Below are positions 9,339 through 19,842 of a DNA stretch of 64,000 nt, in pieces. The translations under genes and the position numbers were made by a program. Numbering within the stretch: position 1 is the first letter of the stretch; every line of letters begins with the position of its first letter. Under the pieces are notes generated by a model. The model was not told where the DNA came from, did not search any database, and saw nothing but the letters and a program-made list of their open reading frames with translations. The stretch is from Candidatus Bathyarchaeota archaeon (lineage in GTDB: Archaea > Thermoproteota > Bathyarchaeia > Bathyarchaeales > Bathycorpusculaceae): the NCBI GenBank assembly GCA_963832745.1, contig CAWHVC010000003.1:384001-448000 (forward strand), in the 5' to 3' direction.

Positions 9339-10121
9339 TTAGGGGCTTTTTGATTCAAACAATGGGTTTTTCTTCATAATTTCATTCCATTCAACAATCT
9401 CTTGCTTAAAAATCGCACATACCGACTTGTAGAACTCTTGGTAGTACTTTGTATAAAGGTCAAGGTATTTTTCAACATGTAGGTCAATTTGAGCATCATA
9501 CTTGAAATTAAAATTATTAATTATATTCAACGATTCCTTTGACCAGCCCTTACCTGTATATCTTCCAGAAGGGCACCAACTTAATAATTGGTCTTTATCT
9601 AACGTGAGGCTGATATTGTAATTCCGATTTTTTAGTGGTGGTATAACATACCAATAACTAGCAAAACATAGCGAATAATGGTCATAATACCGTCTGATAT
9701 CATTAAGGAATTTGACGCTTCCATTATTGCAGAAATTATTTTTTGCTATCTCAAAATCATCAATGGATTTAAGCTTCTCTGAAATCTTTTCATCAATCTC
9801 AATATTTCTCATATGTTGAAGTGCAGAGTATGCATCTGAACAAAAATGCTTGATATGACGATTTAACGCAAGAACTTTCAAGTAATTATCATCATACTCA
9901 TCTTGTGCTTTCTCCATCTCTATTTCCATTAGCTTTTGAAGTTCTTTTAACAAATCCTCTTTATCCAATTGGAGCAAATAACAATCTTCATCCAGTCTAT
10001 CCAGATTGCGTATAATTCTTCCACCAACAGATTGCTCCTTTAATTTTTGCCAATCCAAGTATTTTATTTTACCCACTCTCAGTTTTAGCAATGGTCTAGT
10101 TATTGGCTTAAAGTTTTTCAT
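9339..10121 (-). CDS. Hypothetical protein, HEPN-like candidate RNase
   Basis: Helical protein with Rx4H motif (IRRYYDHY). Confidence 0.55.
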   Translation of the reverse strand: MKNFKPITRPLLKLRVGKIKYLDWQKLKEQSVGGRIIRNLDRLDEDCYLLQLDKEDLLKELQKLMEIEMEKAQDEYDDNYLKVLALNRHIKHFCSDAYSALQHMRNIEIDEKISEKLKSIDDFEIAKNNFCNNGSVKFLNDIRRYYDHYSLCFASYWYVIPPLKNRNYNISLTLDKDQLLSWCPSGRYTGKGWSKESLNIINNFNFKYDAQIDLHVEKYLDLYTKYYQEFYKSVCAIFKQEIVEWNEIMKKNPLFESKSP

Positions 10122-10174
10122 AATTTAGATTCTACGGATAATTTTTTTAAGCAATTTAGCAGTATATTGCGTTT

Positions 10175-10897
10175 ATGTCTAATGCTCTCAAAGGTCTATG
10201 TGTAGCTGTACTTATTGTTGGCATAGTGCTATCGGCTACAATGTTTATAGTCAAATTTCCAGTAGCCACTCAAGTTCCCTACCAAGTACAAGTACCGTAT
10301 GAAGCAACAGAAACAAAGACTCAAAACTTAGACCACCGAGAGAGCTACCAAATACAAAGCGGACATCTTGCTTACTCGAACTTTGACCTTGAAGCTGGAA
10401 AAAGTTTAGTGGTCACTTGGCAGGTTGATAATACAGTATCTGTGTATATAACAACCCCTTCACAATTTGACTCAGCAAAACTATTGGGTATCCCTACCTC
10501 TTCTTTGTCAAGAGAGCAAATGACAGGTTCAGGCACGTTATCTTATCAGATACCTAGTGCTGGAACATACTATGTTATAATCAGCCCCTATATGAGTGAT
10601 GTAAACGTGGCTTCTTACAAATCTGACCTACAATGGCAAGAGCAAGTAACTAAGTATAGAAGTGAAACAAGATACCAATATGAAACAATTTACACATCAA
10701 GCACTTTTGGAATCAATTTAGGTGTAAGCATTCTAGTCTTAGGCTGTATCTTAACACCGCTAAGCTTTGTGAATATTAAGCCGATGATTAAGAAAACAAA
10801 AAATTTTAACAAAGTAACTTGTGATTACTGCAATACAACCTATGACAAACATATAGACAAGTGTCCTCATTGTGGAGCAAGAAATAAAGTCCTTTAG
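10175..10897 (+). CDS. Membrane protein with extracellular beta-sandwich and C-terminal zinc ribbon
   Basis: N- and C-terminal TM helices; GTYYVII beta-strand; CDYC..CPHC. Confidence 0.8.
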   Translation: MSNALKGLCVAVLIVGIVLSATMFIVKFPVATQVPYQVQVPYEATETKTQNLDHRESYQIQSGHLAYSNFDLEAGKSLVVTWQVDNTVSVYITTPSQFDSAKLLGIPTSSLSREQMTGSGTLSYQIPSAGTYYVIISPYMSDVNVASYKSDLQWQEQVTKYRSETRYQYETIYTSSTFGINLGVSILVLGCILTPLSFVNIKPMIKKTKNFNKVTCDYCNTTYDKHIDKCPHCGARNKVL

Positions 10898-10953
10898 GTT
10901 TGTTTCTTTTTTGCTAAGTCTTTTATGTTACAACCTAACAAACAAAGCACGAC

Positions 10954-11691
10954 ATGACAGCAGATTCAAGTGAAGACATCTTTCGGATTCAATTAGGGCA
11001 AAATAGCATTAAATTGCTTCAATTCAGAAAAAATAAGTCATCTGGTGATATTTACGGGTGGTTTGGTATTCCAGACGTGGGTTTGCATATTTCGGGGCAT
11101 ATGCCAAAACCACCGCTCCACCCATATGCACATTTACACCTAAAGAGCGATATTTTGGGAATTCATGAAGATATTGCTGATTTTGACCCTACTGATGTAG
11201 CGGATTATTATCGAGATTTTGCAGAGGATTTTATTAATGACTTCTATGAACCAGAACCAGATGAATCTATAACGATGCTTCCCATGACAGCACATACTTT
11301 TACATCTGGAAGCTTTAATGTGCCACGTCTGTTCCAAGCGATGACAGGAACATATTACCGCACAAATGGCAATAGGCTCTCTAGACTTTTGACTAATAAC
11401 CCATCTCTTTTAGATACCATTGGAATTTCAGACAATGGGATAGTATTACCTATTGATACAAATGTCATCTTTGAAATTCCATTCAAGTCACGCTTCAATT
11501 ACTTCAATAAATTACTTTTAGGTAAACCGCTAAGTTCATTTGCCGACCCGATAACAAAAGCATTAGAAATTGTTCAACGTAATAGCCCAAACTCTTTAAC
11601 TAAATGGATTCCACCTTCAACTGTTGGAAGCTTCATTCAAGAAACCCAAGCTATTATCAAAAAAGCAAAACCGCAAATAATCGATTACTAA
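10954..11691 (+). CDS. Hypothetical protein
   Basis: 245-aa ORF; His-rich HxSGH..HPYAHLH segment. Confidence 0.7.
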   Translation: MTADSSEDIFRIQLGQNSIKLLQFRKNKSSGDIYGWFGIPDVGLHISGHMPKPPLHPYAHLHLKSDILGIHEDIADFDPTDVADYYRDFAEDFINDFYEPEPDESITMLPMTAHTFTSGSFNVPRLFQAMTGTYYRTNGNRLSRLLTNNPSLLDTIGISDNGIVLPIDTNVIFEIPFKSRFNYFNKLLLGKPLSSFADPITKALEIVQRNSPNSLTKWIPPSTVGSFIQETQAIIKKAKPQIIDY

Positions 11692-11750
11692 AAACTCAAA
11701 AGAACAACTTGCAATTAAATGCTTAAACAAAAAGGAAAAGAAAGGAATAT

Positions 11751-12488
11751 TCAAGATACTGGTTGAATGCTGTAGCTTTTTGCACTGTAGGGTGCTTCTT
11801 TACCGCATTCGGGACAGAATTTACTATTGTTTACAACCGTTCCACAGTGCAAACAAATCTTTGTTATTGGCTGACTTTGGTTATTGAGTGCATCTGGTTT
11901 AAATGATACTGCCAGTATCCCACCAATTAACCCAAATATTGTTCCAAGCCCCATTATCGAGGAAATAATGATTGTGTTACCCCATTTTGTATGTTCTGCG
12001 GGATTAGCCATCATCTTTCTAGCTGAATGTATTATAATTACTGCTGAAAGCAAACACAACAAACCTATCCCCAAATATATTCCGAAATAGGCAAAATAGG
12101 GGTCTGTAACATAAGTTCCTGTTCCATAAGGAGTAGTAACCCACCAACGTCTTACTCCACCCATTCCAGTATTTGATGGAATAGAATAAAACAAATTAGC
12201 ACAATATACGCCAAATGCAATAAGAACTAAAGAAATGAAAGTCCCTATGGAGCCGCCAACCATTGAAAAATTGTAGGCACTTGTTGGTTTGCTCATAATC
12301 ATTTGATTACGTAGATTTTCTTCAGTGGTTGATTTATTCGCTTGAGTAGTTGGGATAGAAATAACCGCCTTCCTACAGGCTTTACAAAGATATTTCCCGT
12401 TAAATTCTGGATGCTCTGTTTGAGACATCCATTTAGTACCATCAAAGGTTCTTTTTTCGCATCTTGTACACTTAGGCATTGAAACCAT
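11751..12488 (-). CDS. Zinc-ribbon membrane protein
   Basis: N-terminal CTRC..CKAC, 3-4 TM helices, C-terminal CLHC..CPEC. Confidence 0.8.
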   Translation of the reverse strand: MVSMPKCTRCEKRTFDGTKWMSQTEHPEFNGKYLCKACRKAVISIPTTQANKSTTEENLRNQMIMSKPTSAYNFSMVGGSIGTFISLVLIAFGVYCANLFYSIPSNTGMGGVRRWWVTTPYGTGTYVTDPYFAYFGIYLGIGLLCLLSAVIIIHSARKMMANPAEHTKWGNTIIISSIMGLGTIFGLIGGILAVSFKPDALNNQSQPITKICLHCGTVVNNSKFCPECGKEAPYSAKSYSIQPVS

Positions 12489-12544
12489 TCCTTTTTATTC
12501 AAAACGTATTATCGATAAGTAGACAGCTTATTCTTTAAAAGTTT

Positions 12545-12611
12545 GTGCTACCAATGGGTGCTACTCCATTGGTGCTCGAAAAAACACTTGTTCAACATAA
12601 GGTGCTACCAA
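12545..12611. promoter_or_regulatory. GTGCT(A) direct repeats upstream of AbrB-like gene
   Basis: GTGCTACCAA 12545, GGTGCTACTCC 12557, GGTGCTC 12571, GGTGCTACCAA 12601. Confidence 0.55.
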
Positions 12612-12625
12612 ATTAGGGACACAAC

Positions 12626-12814
12626 ATGATTGAAGGCGAAGGTAAAATGATAAATCGCCCAACACAAACCGGCGGAAAAACCTACGACAAATACTTCATT
12701 TACATACCAATCGAAGTCGCCAGAGATACTGCATTCCCATTTAAACCTCAAGAAAAATTAAAAATAAAAATTGACATAAACAACAGAATGCTAACAGTAA
12801 AAAAAATTGAATGA
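12626..12814 (+). CDS. AbrB/SpoVT-like swapped-hairpin DNA-binding protein
   Basis: KYFIYIPIEVARDTAFPFKPQEKLKIKI pattern; clearly similar to 33404-33601. Confidence 0.75.
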   Translation: MIEGEGKMINRPTQTGGKTYDKYFIYIPIEVARDTAFPFKPQEKLKIKIDINNRMLTVKKIE

Positions 12815-12895
12815 CAGCTACTCCATAATTTTCAATTGAACGAGCAAATATGTTTTGAGTGCTTTTAAGTTAGCCACAGTAAGCGTCCATCTACA

Positions 12896-13351
12896 GTGAA
12901 AAAGATGTCTGTTAATTATACTTCGAAAAGTGCCCTATTAAAAGAAGTCTTAACAAGAGCCAACAAAAAAGAAAAACAAGAATACGAAAACATACTCAAA
13001 AAACAAATTGTTTTAGGCGAAAGATTTGACACCATTTTGAAGGAATGGCAAACCATCAGAGACAAACAAAACCACAAATATGGCCCACAAGAACCAAAGA
13101 AAAGCCAGAAATCCACAGAAGAAATGTCTACAGATGAATTCATGCGAGAAATGAAAGAGCATAACAAGTATTTTCATGACTCCCTTGAATGGAACACTGA
13201 GCAAATTGCAACCAACAATAGGCAGATAGAAAAAATCAGTCAATTAATAGAGTTAACAACTGAGTTCATATCCCTTGAAAGTGAAGTAAAATGGCTTTTA
13301 CTTTCTATAGCTCTCAGAACGCAACCAAATTTGCTGAGATATATAAAATAA
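12896..13351 (+). CDS. Hypothetical coiled-coil protein
   Basis: 151-aa K/E-rich helical ORF. Confidence 0.6.
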   Translation: MKKMSVNYTSKSALLKEVLTRANKKEKQEYENILKKQIVLGERFDTILKEWQTIRDKQNHKYGPQEPKKSQKSTEEMSTDEFMREMKEHNKYFHDSLEWNTEQIATNNRQIEKISQLIELTTEFISLESEVKWLLLSIALRTQPNLLRYIK

Positions 13352-13415
13352 CGATAAGAAATATACTATGTGACATATTAAATGTCTAACATCCATAATG
13401 CAGTCGCTGACTAAA

Positions 13416-13765
13416 CAAATACCCCGTATATTATGCAAATACCCCCGCAATTGTAAAGAGCCAGAGGGGTTTTATTTTACATATATAAAAACTTCCTTTT
13501 AAATAGCCAGACAATTGAAGAATTGACTCCACAGTTGACCGTATGAGCCACTGATTGTCCATGTTAGGAACTGATTTCAAACAACCGGTTCCAGAATCAG
13601 TGTCATGGAAAAGCATGGACTATTCGGTTTCAGGAACTGAATAACCAATAGAAATGATACAACCATATAAGGGTAAAATTAGAAGTTAATTAATAAATAA
13701 TAACATTATGTCAATTTAGTTACTTTTATAGGGGCATTTTTGCCCAAAATCGGTGAATCAGTTCC
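13416..13765. repeat. Candidate replication origin of the element (short direct/inverted repeats plus AT-rich tract)
   Basis: CAAATACCCC x2 (13416, 13436); GGAACTGA(TT) 13567, 13633 and inverted 13756; CACTGATT/AATCAGTG and GTCCATG/CATGGAC inverted pairs. Confidence 0.45.
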
Positions 13766-13778
13766 AGCAAGTATTGGC

Positions 13779-14162
13779 TTAAAACTCATAATAACTGCCT
13801 AGTTCTTTTGCTACTTGTTGCCAAATCTGCTTATTGCTAACTTTCCGTTTAACACCTTTTTCTGCTCTTTCACTTTCCAAACGACCTCTTGTATGATTAA
13901 AGAGTATTTTTGTAGATGAAGTGAATAGAGACCGCCCTGTTAGCTCAAGTTCAAATTTAAGGTCTGTTTTTTCCAGAATAAGTGGTAAATCGGTGATGAT
14001 GGCAACTATAGCTTTCTGTTTGATTATGTTCTTCATTTGTCTGTGTTTCTTTATTTTGTCATTCTGTAATCTTTCTCTTTCGATATCTGTTAGTATTCCT
14101 CTGTAGGGCTTTCTTGAGTGCTTATCGTTTTCTATGGAAATTGTCACGTTGAGGCACGACAT
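13779..14162 (-). CDS. Hypothetical basic protein (possible DNA-binding regulator)
   Basis: RGILTDIERERL motif, highly basic; divergent from replication genes. Confidence 0.6.
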   Translation of the reverse strand: MSCLNVTISIENDKHSRKPYRGILTDIERERLQNDKIKKHRQMKNIIKQKAIVAIITDLPLILEKTDLKFELELTGRSLFTSSTKILFNHTRGRLESERAEKGVKRKVSNKQIWQQVAKELGSYYEF

Positions 14163-14203
14163 AAGTTGTAAGCAGTTTGATGCTATATATAATATACTAA
14201 AAT

Positions 14204-15785
14204 ATGGTGGAAATATTGACAGAAGAATTAGAAGATAGCGGTTCTATTCCGCTAATAAGTACCGATGGATTGACTCCATCAAATAATAATCAAGTAAAAG
14301 ATAAAAAAGAAAAGCCTAAGATAGTTTCAAAGTCACTTTTATTCATTGGCGATGATATTGAAAACTATAGTAAACGTGGACTTTATGAAGCTGTCTTTTT
14401 TAATAGTCAACCCTATTTCTTGCGATGCTTTAACGCTGACCGAACAGGTAATAGTCCTAAACTGTTTGCCCTTCAAAAATCAATTTCAACTTATGAGGAA
14501 TCGACAAGCGGTAATCCTCAAAAAGTTATGTTTGCTCCCAAAGTTACTTCACTTGAACTGTTACCATTCGATTTTGGAGAAACAGAATTAGAATCTGTCT
14601 TTGAGGGTAACAAATACGCAATCCCAACAACTCAGGAACTGTTTGACCGCATTTATGCCATGATTAAACTGTATGCAGACATCTCTTCTGATTGGTTAAA
14701 TGTGAGCTCATTGATGGTTTTGATGAGTTACGAACAGCACAAGTTTAACTGGCTTCCATATCTGGGCATATTTGGCGATACTGGAAGTGGAAAGAGTGTC
14801 CTTACTGAGATTCTAAGTTATTTGTGTTACCGGTGTGGTTATTTCTTTGAAACAAATAGTGCTGACATCTATCAATATCTGAGCGAATATGAGGATACAA
14901 TCCCTTGTTTGGCTGAAGATGAAACTCAGGGACTAGAAAAAGATAGTGAAAAAATTAAAATTTACAAATCAGGTAGTTCAAAAAGTGGTAAGGTAATACG
15001 AATCCTACAAACCCCAAACGGTCGAAAGTTATTATCCTATCCAACATATTGCTTCAAAATCATAACAGGCGAACAAACTCCAACAGTTAAGGGGCTGAAT
15101 GAACGTATACTATGCATTCCTTCCTCCAAAGGCAAACCCTCAAAACATTGGTACGATAGAACCGATAAAGATACCAACGAAATTAAACGGTTAAAATGGG
15201 ATTTACTCAAGTGGCGCATGGCCAATTATTGTAATAGCTATCAGAATGAAATCAACTCTACGAGTAGGATAGAAGATAACCTAAAGCCCCTAGAAGTGTT
15301 GGCGAAAGGATTATCGATATCATCAGACCTTGAAAAATGGGCAAAAGAAACAATACAAAAAAGCGAAAGCGAAAAGAAATCGACCCTTGAAGGCTGTACC
15401 GTTGAAGCCGTGTATACAATAATAAACAGAGGACTATTTGCAAAGGAAACTGTACTTCAAGGTCAATTAGCTTCAAAACTCTTCATTAGCTTTGATACTA
15501 TTTGGGAACAAATTAAAACAATCACTCTAGGCAACAATGGATAATGAAAAATTGCAGACCGTTGAGTTTGGTGAGATTACTAAGAACAAGATTGGTAGAA
15601 TTCTAAGCAATATTTTTGCTAGTAAATCAGTTTCAAAAGCGGATGCCACGAATAATAAAGTTAGGTGCCGTTCATTCGAAATAGAGATGTTACTAAGGGT
15701 TATAAGCAATTATTTTGATGAACCTGAAACTGAACGATTGAACCTAAAAATTCAGCAAAGTAACGGCGAAGAAGCAGAACTCTAA
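14204..15785 (+). CDS. P-loop ATPase / putative replicative helicase with C-terminal wHTH; split by a +1 frameshift near 15533
   Basis: Walker A GDTGSGKS, Walker B LAEDE, Arg finger-like LNERIL; ORF 15537-15785 continues it if one base is removed (TITLG-TMDNEKL). Confidence 0.7.
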
Positions 15786-15798
15786 AGGCGCGTTAAAT

Positions 15799-16818
15799 AT
15801 GTCAGAGAATCACATAACAAAAGAAGAGCTATGGGAAGAGTTTTTTGGAAATTTTGGAAGAGACTTCGGAAATCCGCAAAGGTGGTTCTCAAACAATCCC
15901 TCAGATATTTACTGGTTCATCGATGAATGCACAAAAAATAAACTACCCGCATTTATGAGTGTTCAACCAAAGAATTATAAAAATACAATCAAGGGCCTTG
16001 AGAAACTGTTTTTTGATTTTGATTACTCAGCAACAACTCAAGCCACAGCTATAGATGAAATAAATAAATTACGAAAAGAAATGGAGAAAGAAGTTACATT
16101 CTTTCTAAAACACTTGGATGAATTAAACATAAAACCTCTTGTGGTACAAACGTACAAAGGCTTTCATGTCTATGTTTACCTAGATTATGTCTACAGTTTA
16201 AAAGGGCAAGATAAACTATTGAAAGAAGTGTATAAGCAGTTACAGCTAGCACTCTTACAAGGTTATGAATACAGATTTATTGATTGGCACGTTATTGGCG
16301 ATATTAATCGCCTTTCTCGAATTCCATTATCAATTCACCAGAAGACAAGCGCAGAATGCATAATAGTTGACAATCAACTTAGACCCGATAAGATAAGAAG
16401 TTTAGAGTTTTTCAAGTTATATGGCTTAAAAGAAGCTGATATAAACGCAATCATAAAAAAGATAGTTAAAAACAAGAAGCCGATAGATAGCACTCCAAAA
16501 GACTATCCTATTAACTCAACCAACAACTTCAAAGATATTCGACCATGCTTCAAAAAAGCAATGGTTGCTAGAGAAATGTGCCATGAACAAAGACTTGCCT
16601 TGTTGCTAGAGATATATTCTCTTGGCAACCATGACATAGATAGTATAGTTCAATATTTTACGTGTTTCAATGACTTTAACGAAGATGAAACAAGTAAGCA
16701 AGTGCAATGGTTCCTACAGAATGAGATAGAGAGAGGATTCACTAAACCATACCGATGTAAAACAATAGCTGATAAAGGTTGGTGTATAGGTGAACAATGC
16801 CCTCTTAAAATTAATTGA
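15799..16818 (+). CDS. Archaeo-eukaryotic primase, fused PriS catalytic and PriL C-terminal Fe-S domains
   Basis: AEP motifs FFDFD, TYKGFHVY, GDINRLSRIP; PriL-type RPC..H..R..PYRC..GWC..QCP. Confidence 0.85.
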   Translation: MSENHITKEELWEEFFGNFGRDFGNPQRWFSNNPSDIYWFIDECTKNKLPAFMSVQPKNYKNTIKGLEKLFFDFDYSATTQATAIDEINKLRKEMEKEVTFFLKHLDELNIKPLVVQTYKGFHVYVYLDYVYSLKGQDKLLKEVYKQLQLALLQGYEYRFIDWHVIGDINRLSRIPLSIHQKTSAECIIVDNQLRPDKIRSLEFFKLYGLKEADINAIIKKIVKNKKPIDSTPKDYPINSTNNFKDIRPCFKKAMVAREMCHEQRLALLLEIYSLGNHDIDSIVQYFTCFNDFNEDETSKQVQWFLQNEIERGFTKPYRCKTIADKGWCIGEQCPLKIN

Positions 16819-17454
16819 ACCACGTTTTAGGATGCCTAAAAAGCCCCATTTCCAAAGATAGCTTTTCTGACTCGTTTTCTGCTATTTCCGAATAGACCAG
16901 AAAACCTAGAATGTAAGGCAACTTTAAACGAATTTTTACTAAACTAATCAACCTGTTACCTTGTTGTACCGTTACTCGCATTTTCTCGATATTCGGGGTC
17001 AATTTTCCAGTTGTCAGATATGTTGTATATACTGCAATCCCTCTTCGAATGCTCTTAGGCGAAGACCCCATCTTAATTTTCCAGTTAGAGACCAATAAAA
17101 GAAGCTAAAAAATTCTAATGGATAAAACTTCTTGATGTAGGGATTTTTGGAGTGTTGAATATAGTGTGCAAGTTCATGGTCAAGTATAACAAATTGCTTC
17201 TCTTTGCTCTCAAAGATTTTTGAACAGCTAACGTATACAGTGTTGTTTCGGTAAGATGATACTTCAGAAGATGTTATCTTAAGTTTGGGTTTGGTTACCC
17301 CTTCAACTTTAAGCGTATCTGTAACAATAGAAAATCTTTCTTCAAGCATTTGGTTAAGCTTCAATTCCTCTGTTCTTTTTTTCTTATAAAATAAGAATGG
17401 AAAACGCTTGAAAGTTGAATCAGAGATATTCATGGAAAACCTCAGTGAATTCAC
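16811..17454 (-). CDS. Putative zinc metallopeptidase (HExxH), frameshifted near 17038
   Basis: HELAH plus downstream FEEG(I)AVY once 17014-17454 is joined to 16811-17095 by one added G. Confidence 0.6.
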
Positions 17455-17534
17455 GTTACCTTTGCGATAAAGTTAGCGTTAAATCTTTAAATAAAACTTT
17501 TTACCGTTGAACCTAAACTTGGAGAGACAATAGT

Positions 17535-17720
17535 ATGGTTAAATGTATAAACTGTCAAAATCTTCTACAAGGTCATATGATACTTAGACCTGTTAATGGT
17601 GAAATAAAAGAATCCTGTATGTTATCTAAAGAAGTTATAGCTATGTCAGAAATTTCACGTATAGTAAATAATGATTTCGAATGTCAACAGGATGACGGAG
17701 AAACAGTTAAACCCCAATGA
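17535..17720 (+). CDS. Small Cys-containing (Zn-finger-like) protein
   Basis: CINC..C..C, GGAGAG RBS upstream. Confidence 0.5.
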   Translation: MVKCINCQNLLQGHMILRPVNGEIKESCMLSKEVIAMSEISRIVNNDFECQQDDGETVKPQ

Positions 17721-18464
17721 AGAAAGAGAATGGCCTAAATTCAAGAAAGTAAAATAAAACTTTGACTTTTTCCTTTTTTAATTTATATAAAAATGTTAAA
17801 AGTGTAAAATTTTTAATTGGTTAATCCTGATGTTTGCCCAAACAATTTTTAACCGTAGAATGTCACGTTTTTGTTAGGTTTTGTCACCTTTTGTTAGCTT
17901 AAATTTAACCACATAGGTAATACGTTTGTTTTAGGTAATCATAATTTAACATGCATGTTATAGAGGAACAAACAAGATAGAACTTGAGGTTGTGAGCCTC
18001 GAGCATGTCTTGTCCTCTATTGCTTCATATTCCCAGAATCTTAGTTTTTGGATGTTGGTTCCTTGAAGACGGAGCACTGGTCGTAGTGGTTCGAAGTTGC
18101 CTTAAGTGGTTGGGAAGTGTTTGTTTGTGGGTTAATTTTTTATTTTTTGCTGATTTTTTGAGACTTTTAAATTTAATTACTATTTTAAAGAATAAATGAG
18201 ATACCCTTAGTAAATTACAAGTCACTTGATATAATTAGTAAAAGGCGAATCGTTGCCACCACTGCACGACCTAAAAGCTATGGCAGACAAAAAAGAAGCC
18301 TAATTTACGTATGCGATAACTTCCCTTCCAATTTTAATGCAGATGACTCAACCGCTCGGTAGTTGGAGATACTTTTTTGACCTTTTCACGGGGTTGGTGT
18401 ATCTACCTAAGTTATGACTTCAAGGTAACAAAAAAACTAAAAGCTTAAACATATAGTAATTAGC

Positions 18465-19547
18465 ATGGCTCAAACGGTCGGTAGCACCAAACAAGCAGGC
18501 AATAAGCAACAAAACGATTGGCACTCAAGTAATCTTCATAACCTGTGGGATAATTCCAAGCAACGAATAATCCTTTTGATAGTTGACCTAGCGGTCATAT
18601 TCGGATTTTTGTTAGTTCTAAGTATCATATCGCCATTTTTCAATGGCATAAATGTGTTAATTACACTCACCATTTCCTTCCCGTTAATAATATTAGGCAT
18701 AGTGTACTTTTACAGGAGTTCATCGCAACTTTTAGCAGAGGTATATCTCAGCAAACATCTATCTTGGGTCAAAATGGACATTGCGAATTTAATACAGCTC
18801 AGCAAAATTGAGGATGAAGAGCGAAATGAAGATTGGGATAACCAAATTGAAAAAAACAGGCATTTTCTCCAACAAGACATCAGTAAAGCAAGGGTAATTC
18901 TTAAGGAATATATTGATTATTCAGAGATAGTTTTACCACCAATTTATAATTATGAGCTAGATAGGCTTCAAAAAAGCATTGACGTTTTTTTCAATTGTAG
19001 CAGTGAGGTATTATTTCCCTGTGCCCATACCTTTTCGGATTCAGAGACTTTTGAGAAAATGCAGGCTGAATACTGGGATTCATCAGAAATTCCTTTTCTG
19101 CATCCGATATCAATGCAAGAGGTTAAGGAGATTGAGGCTGAGGTAATTGAGGAAAACAAGAAAAAGGATTTTCCTGACCCTAGAATAGCAAGAATATGTG
19201 AGTATAACATTCAAGCTTTCGATGAGTTTATAGAATATTTGGGTAGAGTACTCTATGCAAGGGTGCGACCACATGCGATATTAAGGTATAGGCATCCGAT
19301 TAATCTACTAGAACTTTCGAGATTTTTTACATATTGGAATGTTGTTTTGGCTTCATGTAGGAATACCGAAGAAATTTACCCTAAGGTAAAGAAAGATGTT
19401 ATTGAGTACTATAAAACCATGAGCAGTAATGAGAGGCTACAAAAAAAGAGAATAACTAGCCTTAAGGACAGCATTTTATTGCTCATAGTTGGCGGTATTA
19501 TATCAGCGTTTATAACTTATGTTATGGGTTCCGTTGGTATCGTTTAG
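18465..19547 (+). CDS. Hypothetical membrane protein
   Basis: Two N-terminal TM helices, helical soluble domain, one C-terminal TM helix. Confidence 0.75.
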   Translation: MAQTVGSTKQAGNKQQNDWHSSNLHNLWDNSKQRIILLIVDLAVIFGFLLVLSIISPFFNGINVLITLTISFPLIILGIVYFYRSSSQLLAEVYLSKHLSWVKMDIANLIQLSKIEDEERNEDWDNQIEKNRHFLQQDISKARVILKEYIDYSEIVLPPIYNYELDRLQKSIDVFFNCSSEVLFPCAHTFSDSETFEKMQAEYWDSSEIPFLHPISMQEVKEIEAEVIEENKKKDFPDPRIARICEYNIQAFDEFIEYLGRVLYARVRPHAILRYRHPINLLELSRFFTYWNVVLASCRNTEEIYPKVKKDVIEYYKTMSSNERLQKKRITSLKDSILLLIVGGIISAFITYVMGSVGIV

Positions 19548-19842
19548 TCTATTGTAAACCTTTTGATGTGACAGTGACATGCATTTCTCAGGAAAAGGTC
19601 TATGTTAGCCCTCTTCTATTTTTTCAGGGAATAATGGGTCATCAAAAAGAACTAAGCCATCGCCTTGACTGTCGGTCGAGTTTTCGTTAGTTTGTTTATC
19701 CTCCTGACTCCCACTAACTTTAGGGATTTTTAACTTACAGAGTTTATATAGGAAAACCAAAGCAAAAAGAGCTAAAAAAAAAATAAGATAAAATTTAGAA
19801 CAAAGCCCATGGTTAAGGCTAACAAATCAATCATTAAATCAC

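Noticed and set aside
18005-18302. Short ORFs and a possible gene tail (LVKGESLPPLHDLKAMADKKEA*)
   Set aside because: Low-complexity or startless; nothing recognisable
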